Shown: positions 25,590 through 39,645 of the stretch, piece after piece
How the letters are laid out: every line of letters begins with the position of its first letter
How positions within the stretch are numbered: the first letter of the stretch is position 1
NCBI GenBank assembly: GCA_030141605.1
Contig: JAQGDQ010000049.1
Span: forward strand, 620,001-684,000
Source: Tubiluchus corallicola
Taxonomy: Eukaryota; Animalia; Priapulida
DNA length: 64,000 bases
Reading direction: 5' to 3'
The notes under the pieces: generated by a model
What the model was told of the DNA's origin: nothing
Seen by the model: only the letters and a program-made list of their open reading frames with translations
Database searches by the model: none
Position numbers and translations under genes: made by a program

Positions 25590-26959
25590 CTAGAATTTGA
25601 CGTAAGAGTAAAAAGTAGTATGGACATGCTTTTTTTGCTAATTTGTTTGTTCATTTATGTGTACTTTAAGATAACGATTAATGCCAAGCTAGAAAGGTTA
25701 GGCATTTTTAAAGCAATAATTTAAAACTTGAGTGAACATTATGTGGTTCAGCACATAACTTACATGCTAGCTTATGACTTTCAGTGTTAGGTTTCTACTA
25801 AAAATGTCCTTTACCCTAGTTTTTGTTATAACGCAAAGAATGTACAAGTGTAAAATATCAGATTGTTAGTCAGCCATAATCTGCACTAACAAGCTTCAAG
25901 ATTCTTTAAGTAAAGCCCAGATTTCACCATCAAGTTTCATAATATTTGTGTAACAAATTATGCACCAAAAACCTATATTGACCGACACTTTAATAAGAGG
26001 ACTGCAAGTGACGCCACAAAATCCAAAAGAGAGCCTGTTCCTAAGAGATGTTCACACTAAATACCATTTAACTTTAAAATTGCTGTATAATTTGTATTGG
26101 TAATTGCATTCCAAGGGACACTAAACATAAAAACAGGTGATGCTCTATATAGTGTGTAGTACAGAACAGGCAATTTGAAGAAAAACTTTTGAAAATTTGT
26201 ATTCATTGCCAACGGTTCAAGCTGTAATCCTAATGTTTTGAACTGGTTTATAGTAGCAGCAAATAGCGTTTACATTGATTCCTCGCTGCAATTAGGCCTA
26301 CATTTACCCATCAGCACACAAACTGCAACAGGAAGCAATATAGCTTCAAAGTTAGCTGGTGCAAAATTTGCACCGGAGCGAAGTGACAAATAGTTAATAA
26401 TTTCAAAACTCTTAAGAAAGTGTAGCAGCAATTCAGAGCTGCAGCCTGTTAAGTATATAATATGCAAAAGCGAATCACTATTTCTTAGGTATTTTTACAA
26501 AACCGTGATGAGGATTGGGGCGTTGAAAAGGAATTTTAGCATTAAGGAGGGATAAATTTTATCCCACTCCTAAATCCATTGTGGGATATTAGCCCATCTT
26601 TATGATGCTTACGTGCGCAGGTCTTCCAAGATTTATTACTATAATTAACTACAAAGTAGCTCTAACAGATCACATAATTACCCTACCATGTGAAATGAGC
26701 TGTTCAGAAAGTTTCCACAGGGACTTCTGTCTTATTTTATTGCCTACCTAGAATTGCATTCCGCGTAAATTATACACAATTGCATTTTAAAAATTCATGA
26801 AAGTAGTTTGCTTGTGTAACCAATGTCTAGAATTGATGATGCAATTTAAATTTATATATTTCGCTACGAACTTTCCAATGTTAGCGTTAAGGTCTTTACC
26901 TTGACATATTAAACAGCATTCATTACCAAACTGCAAAAAATGATTTAAATATGTAGTCA

Positions 26960-27215
26960 TACCATCATCACCGTCGTCGTCGTCATCATCATCATCATTA
27001 TCATCATCATCATCACCTCATCATCATTGTCGTTATCGTCATCATCATCTTCATCATCACCACCAGTACCATCGTCATCATCACCATCAGCATCTCCTTA
27101 TTGTTGTTGATGTTCTTCTTCTTCTTCTTCGTTATCTTCGTCATTATTAGTATCATCGCTGCCTTTATCACCATCATCACTGTCACCGTTACCATCACTG
27201 TCATGGTCATTATCT
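26960..27215. repeat. Degenerate (ATC/GTC/TTC)n trinucleotide tract
   Basis: Direct reading. Confidence 0.9.
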
Positions 27216-27837
27216 TAAAGTCAACGGTCAACTGCAACATGAAAGTCTTGTTTCCTATAAACAACTGCAGTAACGCAGGGTAACTAATGTATTAATATGG
27301 CTTGCCAGCATTATTTTCTAAGCTTACTTAACAAAGGAATTAATTTAAATCACTTGGGCAGATGTGGAACTTTAAATGTCATTTACTGTGAAAGGGCGAG
27401 TTTTAAAAAATTGGAATACCTGGCCCTAACTTCTGGATCCAGGTACAGGTATAGGTGTAGGTGTGAGTCAAGTAGATGCCTTAACGTTACAAATAAAGAT
27501 TAGGACCAAAATCAAAATAGAATTGTTTCAGTAATTCAGCAAACATTGGCTAGACAGGAAGCAGACAAAGACACCTGTGCACTATACACCTCATAGCTTG
27601 CATTCTCTTTTGGACTCAAATAGTGTGTGTGTGTAATTGAATGTTTCATATTTAATGATATTAACGAAATGCTGTACTCGTGCTAATAACATAATGTACA
27701 TAATCAATGTAAATAGCACTACTCAACCTACTATATTACATATGATAAAAATTAATAATGTGATAATACAGATAATTTATGTATAATATATATTTGGATT
27801 TCATGCAGTAGTGCGATGCTGGTTGACTACTACATAC

Positions 27838-28121
27838 CTTAGGTAAAACACAATTGTAATCCACCCTGCTGAGTCCCTCATTAATTTGGTCTTTAATAAA
27901 GCAACTGAATCGTACACGCAGAATATAAATTGCCTGTCGAAAATACCAACAATGGAAGAGAGTTGCTTCAAAACGATTAAATCCGCCTGCCTAGTCTCGG
28001 AATCGAACGAAGAATTTAAACTGTATTTAAATTCCAATCTGAAATCTCTTGAGAGCTCGCCCATTTTTAGCGCAGAATTAAAAAAACTAGACAGGTTTAT
28101 TAAAAGGTAAAGCAGCAAATA
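27838..28121 (-). CDS. Candidate coding exon, unknown product (opposite strand also open)
   Basis: Open frame with aaaATGG at 28064 and a strong donor AAG|GTATGT after 27838 (phase 2, compatible with the 25589 acceptor). The + strand 27952-28106 also has acaATGG...AAG|GTAAAG, so the strand is ambiguous. Confidence 0.25.
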
Positions 28122-30899
28122 CTAAATAGCACTGAAAAGCGATTGAAAATTTTTGCATCACTCGTGACATATACGTGGTATGAGAATGTAGTGAATCAAC
28201 TGTTACATTTTTGCATGACAGCATAATTTATAATCGTTCCATTGATTTTAGTCTGAGCTGCTTGGATAGAAAATGGTAATAAATGATAACAAATGGTCCT
28301 CGTGCAAGGAGAAATATAAAGAAGCTGTACACGAGGGACAGTTTAAACAGATAGCGAGTAGTGCTAAAATGCAAAATTGTCTGAAAGACTCAGTCAACCG
28401 AGTAATTTTTCACAAAACGTACTGCAATCTTTTACTGTAGCAGAATAACTACTGCCACTATGCGTGTAACTAAGTACTGTAGCTTTTTTCAATCTTTTCG
28501 CCAAATATAGCAAGAAAAAATGCGTTTTCTCTACAATTGTACTTCCGCGCCCGTCGGTTTCTAAAACCGAATCAATTACTAAATGTCAAGTACTCTGATA
28601 ATATGTTAACTGTCGGACCATGATAATGTGTTACTGAAAATTCCGCCATTTATTAGTAAAAAATACTTGTATAATTACATGCTTACACGTCTGACCGACT
28701 TATTTCATTTATTTCCTATGCATCGCTTTTGTATTACTGACGTTCTCTTTTGTATAATTCTCTACTCAGCAGCAACCTCTGTTCAATTTTGATTAACTCG
28801 CCGAATAGTACAATCCACGGCATAATTTACTGTTATTTGATATTCGCCATCGGGAAGAATCGATTGGGTCGGGTATGATCAGTAAGTTATTCGTTTGGTC
28901 ATGCACCTCTGATTTCAATTTCAATTTGCTGAAATCGCGTGCTAATGTTTGCACAAAGCTGTTCGAACAGCTCATATAATTTTGTCGATTTTGTATAAGC
29001 AGCGCGTTTTTGAAAAGTGTCACTACACGAATCAAATGGCGCCTAAGTGCATTTGGTGTAAGAAATACAGATTGCGTGTAAGTTTAAAAAAATGTCGATG
29101 AAAAGAATTGTCGATTGCGAGTGCTTCGCTATTACAAATTACTATTTGTTATGCTTTTGCTTTAACTTAGTATTTAAACGTATTTTGCCAAGCAAATTTC
29201 ATTAAAACAAACTAAAAAATGCGACAAATTAATTTCCAAACGTTTCTGAGCTCTCTAAACAACCCCAAATTCGACAATTATATATTTCTTTTTCAAGCGT
29301 TTTCAATGAACGAGTCGACTGTGATCTGCAATTAATCATTTTGTAATTGAACAGTTCATGCATAGAGGAGCTTGCAGCCATTGAACATCGTTTAATATCA
29401 AATTATTTGATTAAAGTAAGTGTACTAGAACTTTAATAGGGTGTGTTTAAAGATATTTTATGTACGGTTTTGTACCTGGCAGTCAATGTAATGGCTTCGA
29501 AAAAGCCAGACTATCATAATGTAGAGTGGGGGAGTGGGTGAAAATAAATGACATTTTGGTATCCTGACGATGTAAATTAAGATAGTACAGATTTGTCCTT
29601 CTATAATAACGTACACTACACGTACAAAACAGTTAAGAACTGCAGTCAGACATTACACGTACAAAACAGCTTGTTAAAAATGTGTCTGCACGTGAAGAAA
29701 TATATTTTATGCTCACGCTTCGCGTGAATGACGTGGGTTTCATACTCACTCTGGGAGATATTTTTCATAAAACTTGCCTGTTTACTTACTAGAAGGAGGA
29801 TATATTCATACCCAAGTGTGGCTGAGACGCCTCTGCAGATTCAGTGACTCATCTTAGACGGGATGTCCTTGATAATGAGTTAGGCACCGGTTATGCCTCC
29901 TTCAGTAGGCTACTTTGAGTGCTTTCCGACATGCAGGCACTAAAACGAATAAAATCATTAAGCGCTAAGTAATTAGAGAATCAAATTAAATTCCATTATA
30001 CCTATTAGTCTTAGTGTGTATAAGCAGAATTTCAAAATTGAAGATTTTTTTATTCCACATGACACAGTGTTGAATAAACAATAGAACATAATACTATACT
30101 ATATGCTAAAAATGTTAGATAACTTTTTGTGTGACAAATGATCCTGAAGCCTGGCTTGAAGATCATAAGGGGCAATATAAACATTCTGAGCGCTCAACTA
30201 TTTTATGTCAGGTAATAATTTTGGTGTTTTTTCAGTACTGTCATAATTAAATTGAAAGTGTGTGTCTTAAGCTTGCTCAGCCAAGTGGGAAATTCATGTC
30301 TAATTGGCCAGTATAACTTACAAGACTTCAATGGCGAATTGTTGTTCTCCAGAGTCTAGATACAATGTACGAACAAATAATTGAATTAATAAATTAGTTT
30401 AGTACTAAATCGGACAACGAAGTGACGCGTTGATTCTACTAATTTTTGAAAGAGAAAACCCACAAGAGCTGATTGAATTAAGCGCTGAATAGCGCGGTGT
30501 AAAAATTTGTTCGTGGCATAAACAAGCATATCTTTTTCAAAGCAGCGTGAAAAAAAAACTTGCCAATGATCAATAAATCCACCGAGGCAGACTCGGAAAA
30601 TTCGTTGAAAAAGTGAGAGGATTAAATATCAAGTTTGCGAATTTCCACTATTCAGGAATCCAAGTTATTAGTACATCCCATATTCATGCGTGAAGAGTTT
30701 GCATTAGCATGTTTGGAGATCTGCGTGTGTGAAAGCGTTTCGGGATACTTCTAAGAAACAAAACTGGGTTCGTGTTATCATGGTTTCAGTAAGTGAAAAT
30801 AACGTCTCTATTTATTTAGAGACTACATCAATTGTGATTATATTTTCATTACAGATAGTAAGAGAATAAGGGCAAGAGAGATGGTGAGTGGGAGGTAGA

Positions 30900-30989
30900 G
30901 CCGGAGGGAGAGAGAAAAGGAGAAAGAGACAGAGAGGAAAAGAGAGAGAGGGGGAGGGAGGGAGAGAGAGAGATGGGGAGAGAAAGCGA

Positions 30990-31039
<50 letters not shown>

Positions 31040-31051
31040 TAGAGAGAGAGA

Positions 31052-31118
<67 letters not shown>
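30900..31118. repeat. Polypurine (GA)n microsatellite
   Basis: Direct reading. Confidence 0.96.
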
Positions 31119-31121
<3 letters not shown>

Positions 31122-31511
31122 ATACTGCTTTCCTGTGCATTCTACAATTCCACAGTACTGACTACTAATTAGGGTTTATTTTTGCCGTCTAGAGGCTGTC
31201 AACTGGTCTGTACAAGTGAATTATCTCTGCACTGACTACGTAAATGCGGTTCCGACACGAACCTGTTGACACGATTAGATTACCAGAGTTCGTACAGCAA
31301 TTTGTAAAAGTATCTTGGCTTCTTTTCTCTTTATAGCACGTCCGTGAACTTTCAGACTGGGTCTGTTCACATCCCATTTAATCGATGCGGCGAAATTAGT
31401 ACATTTTGATTTGTTGTTCAGCTCATACGGATAGAATGAACTTTTTATATATTCATACATGTATGCAGAGCAGAGAGGATAGAAATTTAAAGACAATGAA
31501 TAGTTAAACGC

Positions 31512-31563
<52 letters not shown>
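31512..31563. repeat. (AAT)n microsatellite
   Basis: Direct reading. Confidence 0.96.
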
Positions 31564-32138
31564 CAATACTTCTCTAAAACAAATCGTAATTTTTAATGTA
31601 GTGCGCACGGTTATAATAAAATGTGTTTAAACGTGCGACAAATTTATTTTTGAAAAGTTATACCTCGTTTATACACAATTCCTTTAATTTCCTCAGAGAT
31701 CACATAATTAAAGCCTGAACTAAGTTAAACGAATCATATTGTCTTAATAAATCTGCTTAAAGCTTTTAAAAATGCAAAACGTCTGTAGTAAAACTACTAA
31801 AGCTTTCTGCGTTCCTTTTTCTAACTACTCTTTCTTGTCCTTGATCTTCTTTCAACTTTTCTGTTCTTCGTCCTATTTTTTGCTTTACCCAGGAATCTTT
31901 ACTTGGAACTGAGAAATGTTTAAAGTTAGCGTGCTTCTATTACAAATCTCCAATAAATCAGCCAGAAATTAGCCACATATGTGCACCCAGACAGACAATA
32001 ATTTGGAATGACAAGGCATATTGACCCAGCGTCCTCGGTGGACAATAGTGTCCTATATTCATGTTTCCATATCAAATAATGCACTACATGCACATGTATA
32101 CATCAGCAAACAAAGTATAGCGAGCTTAACAAATGTGT

Positions 32139-32443
32139 TTACAGTATCATTAGCAGCGATCTATTTATACTGCGCTGTTTAGAAATCTTTAAAAACATCC
32201 ATTGCGGCGTGTTTTGACTTTCCTCAATATTAATTAGTTTTTGAAACCTTGAATCTTTGTAACTCGGATGATAAATCGTGCTTGTAATGGTATATCTTCG
32301 CTCCCCCGCACTGATATTCCTTGTCCCGAATGCGCTCATTTGCCAACATAAATCAGTTTTGTGAGTTTGGCACACGTCTTCAGAATTTTGTAATAGCCGA
32401 GTCGATGCTTGATCAGTGAAATGTATCAGTCGATTATATGCCC
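32139..32443 (-). CDS. Candidate coding exon (about 100 codons), unknown product
   Basis: Acceptor tcaatttcag|GG, then an open frame AYNRLIHFTDQAS...GTRNISAGERRYTITSTIYHPSYKDSRFQ...LMIL. The supplied ORF extends upstream to this acceptor. Confidence 0.3.
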
Positions 32444-33312
32444 CTGAAATTGATTCATTTCTACGTCATATTACATTATCACAGCCTTTAATCAACTGCA
32501 CTGACTAATGCACGTCTTAAGAAGTTGCAAACCCAATTAGACGTCTTGTTGAAATTGTTGATAAATGTTTCGGGCAAGGGTACTATATTAACTTCTAGTA
32601 ATGTGAATTGGATGGCCTCTGTAATGACATCATTCGCGGTATGATTCGCCGATAATTACTGAGCCGCGAGTCTTTGGGTTGGGTCATTTTTTCCAGCGCG
32701 CAAAGCCCATTATTTTCACACCAAAATAAAATTACCCCAGACCGCTCAAATATTGACGTTCGTGCAATTCGTTTATTTCAGACAAAGTGGCACACCAGAA
32801 AATTTCTTGTCAATAATTTTAAGCATTGCTCCACAAAATCTAATCAAACAAGTAAATTGCCAGGGAAGCGGATAACGAAATTCGTTATTTTATTTGTCTT
32901 AGTCTTTCTCAAGAAACTTTTGAGCAATCGCTTATGAAAACATGATATCATTACACCCAAAACCAAAGTCGCAAACATAAAACATATTAATACATTAATA
33001 GCTCTATACTGAAAAAAATGTCCACAACCATATCAGTTCGCTCTTGATGATTCCGTTGGTAGTGGTTGTGCTTGTTGCTGTTTTTGATGAGACAGGTGGA
33101 GTCGAAGCCTGGCGAGATTCAAATCGCAAACAGTCGTAGGCCTTACTTTAGCTGTGTCATCAGTGAATGATGTCTACTGTGACGGTGTAAATGTTATTTG
33201 GAAAATGTCAGGATTAATCTCTATATAATATCGGTAAAAGAAAAATAAAGCATATTTCACACCTGTCGAGTATTCGTTCAACAATTTTTGGCCTAAGCAA
33301 ATGAGTTCGATA

Positions 33313-33844
33313 TGTGATAACTTCTAAACGTGTATTGACTTCATAATGCTTTTAGTAATTAATCTTTGTAAGTATTTTAAAGAACCAACAACCAAAAAAC
33401 AAGAAATGAAAAGCGATATCTTACTTACTAATCATAGTAATTAACTGCTTACTTAATAATAATAATAATAAGTCTATTGTACAGAACAAGCGATACTGCT
33501 CAATTACATAAGAATGAATTAGAGACCTCTCTAATACTAAACTTGAATAAGCTCGGTTAGCGCCTCTACCATGAACCATCACCATGTCGTAATCCATCCA
33601 ACGAACCGCCTGGCACCCGATTCGTCCTAATCCATCCATCCATCAAACCGCCTGGCATCCGATGCGTCCTATGTCAACCAACGTGGGACGATTCCCTACC
33701 ACGCCCACACCAAACTAAACCAACCAACTAGCTGAAACGACCACCATGTCTCCTCATCCACGTGAATGACGAGCAGGTTGCTAGGATCTCTGTGCCTGTG
33801 TGACTAGCAGGTCACTCAGCTTTCTCTAGGCAATCAGTTGAACA
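33313..33844 (-). mobile_element. LTR-like relic with an internal ~44-bp tandem repeat
   Basis: TG...CA termini (TGTTCAAC...GTTATCACA on the minus strand) and a GC-richer interior. Duplicated ccatcca..aaccgcctggca.ccgat.cgtccta at about 33594 and about 33636. No TSD. Confidence 0.35.
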
Positions 33845-34889
33845 TGTCAAAGTGCAGCAAATATTTACAGCTTTGCAAGAGTCTTTGTACATCACTCGGT
33901 AAACTATGTCAGAACCAGGTCAACAACAACAAATCCGCCAAATTGTTAGAAAGTTGCCGTAATCACCACATAATTCTAAGACGTATATACTTGAAAGTAT
34001 GTAAAAGTAAACAAATACAGTGATTGGTAAGATGACGGGAGACGTCCGTCCGTCTTGCCAAACCAAATCCAGAATGACTAGTCAAATTTCCTGGAGTGCT
34101 TTCCGCGATTGCAGCTAAGCAATTCTGAATTTTTGTAAATCAACCAGTCAGAAGGTAGAATTAAGCATAATGTCTTGGGTCACATTTAGTAAAAACTAAA
34201 CTCTACAGTACAGGTAATTTAACAGGTATTTTACATACAACAATAGGGTAGGGCCAGACAAATATGACACCATATTAGCTAAAACACAAACGGGCGCTTT
34301 TGTTACATTTTACACGTTAAATTGCTTGCGAGCTGTACAATTAAGCTCAATATAATTAATTAAGATCAACACCTAATTACCAGCTAACAGAGGCAAAAAT
34401 GTGATTGTGTATTGTTATATCAAAGCAACATTGCAATAAAGAGTAACTGTAATGTAATAAAGTTTTGCAATCTACGAGTAAGATCTGTACATCACATGTA
34501 CTTAAGCTTCATATTCGTTTTCCGGTCGTTATGCCCTGGTGAGCATTAAGTTCATGCATACATCTCAACTTGAGTTAGCATGAAACCAACTTGAATGTCT
34601 GAGCGGCTAGATTCAAACGTGCTCGGCAGTCGCGAAGAATTATGTAAATATCGTAATGTGCTTAATGTAACTTGGTAAGTCTCGGATGGGTACTACAGAT
34701 TTTCCAAACCACATTTAAGTGAGCTAAAGAACGCCTTTTCAGGCGCTCACTTCAGGAACAAACAGAATCAAGAACTATCAGAGCGAATCAAGAAATGTAT
34801 CCCAGCATTCTTCAGTTCTGGATAGCACTTAATATTACGAATTTGAAGTTTCGTGTCTGCTATGTAAGCACTTGTTGCGTTTTATTTAA

Positions 34890-35338
34890 CGTCAAACTAA
34901 CACTATAATACAAACTTTTACAACCTAAAATCCTACTCTTATTACGAATGTTCAATTAATTTTATTATAAACTTACTGTAAAACTTGTTTGTTTTGATTT
35001 TTATTACTTTGTTCTTAGCGGTATTAAATTTGAAGAATTACCATTTTTCGTTGCGCGAGAACGAATGACGTTATGAGTACATCACGAGGTCACCAAAGGT
35101 CGGTAAACAAACATCGGTAGCCAAACGCGCTTTCTGTACCTCGTACGTCATTCTCGCTCACTCGCGCCAAAGACGAGAAACATGGCGATCTTTACAGCAA
35201 TGCACGCGTTCGAAATTCGCCAGAAAAAAGTAAGTTATGTAATTTATAAGCTTCCTTTGTTTAATAACTATGATTTCTTTATGTAATCATAATAATGCAT
35301 TAAAAAAACTTCAATGTCTGTTGGGGTTACGTAGACCT
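34890..35338 (-). mobile_element. TTAA-flanked Kolobok-like element, copy B
   Basis: Reverse-complement colinear match to 16278-16724, e.g. catggcgatctttacagcaatgcacgcgttcga. Confidence 0.8.
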
Positions 35339-35991
35339 TTTTAACGTACTGCAAACGATTTTTACGAAAATGACGAAAAAACAGCATCAGAAAGCCTCTG
35401 CAAATTAGCTTTTCAGAAAAACTTCAATTTTCCCAGCAGCCGTTGTGCTGAGTGCTGTTAGTTAGAGTAAACCCATTAACTGGAGGAAATTATCGAAGAA
35501 GTTTCAATGGTTAAGGAAGCAATAGGTGAAAAAGCACTGAATGTAGCCTTGTAATCAGTGCGGTTTTTTACGATTTCATAAGAAAATATTTTTTACAGTA
35601 TCCTGACGAATTCTGCCGAGCAAGCAAAATTAAAGCCATGTTGCTAGTTGCTTTCGTTGTTAGTAGCATAACGTGCTGTTTTTGGGGTTTTGCAAGCAGC
35701 GGTAGTTTTGAATACAACGTGCTACTTGTACATATGCAGCAAGACAAATTAGAGCTTGACATTCCTGCTAGAATCTAATAGAAGCCTTCGTGAGTTAAAA
35801 AGTAACCCAAAAGAAATCGTCAGAGTTCTCGTGACTCTGACAACATCACGGGAAAATGTGTCGTGACTACAGAGTGGTTATGTGGTATGTATGAGTTGCA
35901 AATTCTCTAGCCAAAGAGTTATTGTTTTCTGAGAGAATGACATGTTTTCATTTTACATTTGTGCAGCTTCTGTGTGATCTATAATGCGGTT

Positions 35992-36276
35992 TCATGGACA
36001 ACTAGGCTGGAACGTAGTTGGAGCATTCCTATTAAACAACTTCGTTAACTTTCGTCTTTTGGAAATGCAAAAACAATTGTTCACACTGCAGGCCTTAAAG
36101 GGAGATTTGCATACAGTTACGCCAGCTTCTTTGGGTGATTTACGTTGGTAAACAACTTCGGTGAAGTCCTGCAATCCATTTCTAACTACGCCATAATTAA
36201 AGGAAGCCAGCCAAAGCAGTTGTCCCACAATCTCTCTAAACTCTCTAGACCCCATGCTGCATACTGCATCATACAA
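35992..36276 (-). CDS. Candidate coding exon, unknown product
   Basis: The frame starts exactly at an acceptor, ttattacctgcag|TTG, and reads LYDAVCSMGSREFREIVGQLLWLASFNYGVVRNGLQDFTEVVYQ. Possible donor CAAC|GTAAAT. Confidence 0.25.
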   Translation of the reverse strand: MYDAVCSMGSREFREIVGQLLWLASFNYGVVRNGLQDFTEVVYQRKSPKEAGVTVCKSPFKACSVNNCFCISKRRKLTKLFNRNAPTTFQPSCP

Positions 36277-36749
36277 CTGCAGGTAATAATTACCTCACTG
36301 TAATGGGCGGCTCTCATTATCCGCTTTTCCTGACATTAGCTAAATATACAAATTCGGACGCAGTACACAGCGGATATTACCTTGAAATATACGGCTGCCG
36401 TTTCCTTTATAAAGATTATGTTTGTGGTTGACATGGCGAAAATGTTTTATGCAATGACTGTAAGTCAAACATAGCTTTTTTGACTGACTGTCTAAAGAGC
36501 TGAATCTCTGTTTGAATTTTTCTGCTAAATAAAATTGCTAAATGTGTAAGCTTTTACAGTTCTGTATAGCAATGGATTTATTTGATATTTCACCTCGTGC
36601 ATCTTGATCTAAAGTTATCTGCGAAATTCACTTTTAAAGAATCGTTTTAACTGGTGTTAGCCAGAATTAGCAAACCCTTTGATTTATATTAAAAAAACAA
36701 TTATTAGACTAATTGCAAATTTGTCATACAAATATGTTTGCACTATTAA

Positions 36750-36951
36750 GTGATGTTTTTGTAGAATGCGGATACGGATGCGTTTTAGGGAATGTGGAAT
36801 AGATAAAATCGGTGTATATTGTTTTCAATGCACCCGTTTATACATCCTGCGTATGCGTTATTATTTTTATGCAGCTATTCCTATTAATTTTTTCAGTAGT
36901 GTGTTCCGCAGTGGAAAACGCTTCCGCATCCGCATGTTACATAAACGCTAG
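36750..36951. mobile_element. ~200-bp MITE with ~37-bp imperfect TIRs flanked by TTAA
   Basis: 5' gtgatgtttttgtagaatgcggatacggatgcgtttt versus the reverse complement of the 3' end, ctagcgtttatgtaacatgcggatgcggaagcgtttt. TTAA on both sides (PIF/Harbinger-like or other TTAA-targeting). Confidence 0.65.
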
Positions 36952-39575
36952 TTAAAAGATCTTTTTGGGTGAATTAATGGTCTGTTAGTTGAATAATTAT
37001 TTAACTAAAATGCACTTTCATCTTCACTTTTTTTATTTACATTCATTGTCTTCAGCTACCTGTATATATTTACTCACCCTCTTCAGTTTTGTTATCTTCA
37101 TCTTCATATGTGCCTCATTTTTTGTGACCTAATTAATTTTAGCTAATATAAGGGGCGAAGTTAATGACTTATTTCAAAACTGTCCTGGAAATAACTGCCA
37201 TGTTTGTCATCAAAATGAGTTCCTAGAAAAGAACAAACGAGTAGGAAGATTTACATCATGGCGTTTTACAAGTTTTTGTCACTGAGTTCAAATCTCGAAT
37301 TCCACTGGGTTTAATTATTTTTCAATTTTATCAATCAGCTCTGACAAAAATTCATTACGAACCATTTAAGGAAATTTAGAAAATGAGAAACGGTATCTGG
37401 GGAGAGTGAATAGGTAATTAAATTCGAGCAAGACCTTGATTTTAAAGAGGAGGAGTTGCATACTACGCGTACTTGATGCACCAAGTTGTCTGCGCATCCT
37501 AATTCGCGCATTTAACTGAGAAAGTTCAAACCTTGGCAAAAGGCCAAAAATGAAAGCGTTTCTGTATAAAAGTAACTGGTGATAAATCATATAAGCTAGG
37601 ACACCACCTCATATTTTTATATTATAATAATCTTAATTTTATATTCAAACTCGATTTTTTGCATGCAACACAAGCTTGCAGCTATGAACCTTATATCGGC
37701 CATTGGAAACAATAATAGAACTGGCAATTGTCAAGGCATATCCCAATTATCCCAATTATTATCCCGATTTTACTCTCATTGTCACGATTGGCAATGGCAG
37801 GTCAACTTCCAAGCTTCATTTAGTTCCAACATCACTGGTCAACATAAGATCCAGCAAATTTTGCAGAGAATAATAACCAGCCTGGCCATGATATGACTAT
37901 TTCGTGTCTTATGGCACGCTCGATTGCAATTAAGCCAATCATAATCACTGCGGTAGTCCTAGTCCTATATTGAACTATACGGGAGTCAGAAATGACAGAT
38001 AGCTTAGTTGCACCGTGAATAATTAAACACAAATATGGAGGCCGTGGTTGCTATTCTTAAATCCTGGTCATCACGACACCTTGGTTACAACCGCTAACTG
38101 TTTTGAGCCAAATAAATTAAGTGTTAATTAAAGTCTGATTAGACTAATACTCTAAATGACATTGGCAGACATAGCTGTTTGACCAGAGGCAGCCCAGCCA
38201 GCCGTCTTGCTATGATCGTTACAAAAAGATTGGTAGGATAGGTGCTTGAATTAGCTATCAATCTACTGACAAAGTAACGGATTATGGATGAGTGAATAAG
38301 TCCAAAAGACTACCAAACAGAGAACTATGCACCGTATTTTACAAACTGAAAGCTATTTACAAAACAACTAATCAAACAAGACTGCCTGACCCACCTGTCA
38401 ACTGACAGATTGACCAACCAACAGACTCCCTACTTGGCTGGTTGACTAGGTAACTAAGTGAGTAACCGGCCAACTACCATCGAAACACCAGTGATCAAAA
38501 GTAACAATAAGTGGACGAAATAATGAACTATCTAACAAATAAATAAACAATAAAGAAAAATAGGCTGAATGAATGACTGAATGAATGAATGAATGCATGC
38601 AGTGCTACTTGTTATGTTACGAGGTCAGAATAATGGACCTAGTTTTTTCGCCATCACTGGAGAAAACATCACGCAACAATGGTGAGTGGGCGTGTGACGT
38701 AATTATCAAAATTTATCAATAAATTTGGCTCGGAGCAGTTTAAGACATTTGGCTCTCATTATTTTCACATTGGTTAATGTACGACGAGAAGATGTTCTAC
38801 GACAAATCAATTAGTTACGCCTGTTAGGGAAACAAGTTTAACTTAGGATTTCCAGGGGATTCCAATAATGTAAAAGACTGGAAAACAGTGATGAACATAT
38901 GTGCGCTTAACGAAAATTTTAAACTAATTAACTTTGAAAACTCGGTCTGCCCTATTACTGTCGGCAACTGAGTCCTAAAAATGCGGAATCGTGATGCACA
39001 CTGAAGCAGCAACATTCAAAATAAAACATTGCATCAGAGCGTCCGTCCAAGCTCTCCCTTTCTGTTCCCATTCTTCCTTTTTTGGCAGCTGAATGCAATT
39101 TGCAAATGAAAACCACCCCAAATTTGAAATTTATCGGTTCCGTTTCTACATTCATTAGACATAATAGCCAGTTGCCAGTAGGAATATCTGCCGGCGAATT
39201 AGATAGACTAATGAATCACAAGTTTGTTTGTTCACTTGTACACCTGTCTATCGATTTGTACACTCTTTCATTTGTTCAGCCAATTAGTCAGTCAGTCAGT
39301 CAATCGCTCTAATCGGTTGGTTTATAGGTTCATTTTTATTTGCCTGACAGCTCTTGTGTTCCGTCCTCAAATTTGTTCGCACATCTGACTACTTGTTATA
39401 ACCAACCATTTTCTCTGTATTCAAACAAAATGAATGAAAATTTTCATTTATTTGTTAGAGAAGTGAAAACGCTTACTAGAAAGTTTCTATGCAGCTGTAA
39501 CTCCTTTTCTAAACAATAATTCCCAAAATTTTGTTATAGAAATCGCCATCCATATTTTAGAAATATCGTATTTGT

Positions 39576-39645
39576 CTGTGTGTGTGTGTGTGTGTGCGTG
39601 CGCGTGCGCGTGCGCGTGTGCGTGTGCGTGTGCGTGTGTGTGTGT
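39576..39645. repeat. Alternating purine-pyrimidine (TG)n/(CG)n tract
   Basis: tgtgtg...tgcgtgcgcgtgcgcgtgcgcgtgtgcg...tgtg. Confidence 0.92.

Noticed and set aside
32230-32335. Trypsin-like protease pattern (GTRN...TIYHPSY)
   Set aside because: No DIALL motif follows, and I found no TAAHC or GDSGGP exon.
32360-32390. Hammerhead ribozyme core (CTGAAGA...)
   Set aside because: Lacks the GAAA core and stem II pairing; other CTGANGA hits failed in the same way.
32478-32500. miR-2 family seed TATCACAGCC
   Set aside because: No complementary 5' arm, and the 3' half does not match. By-eye checks for other conserved miRNAs were also negative.
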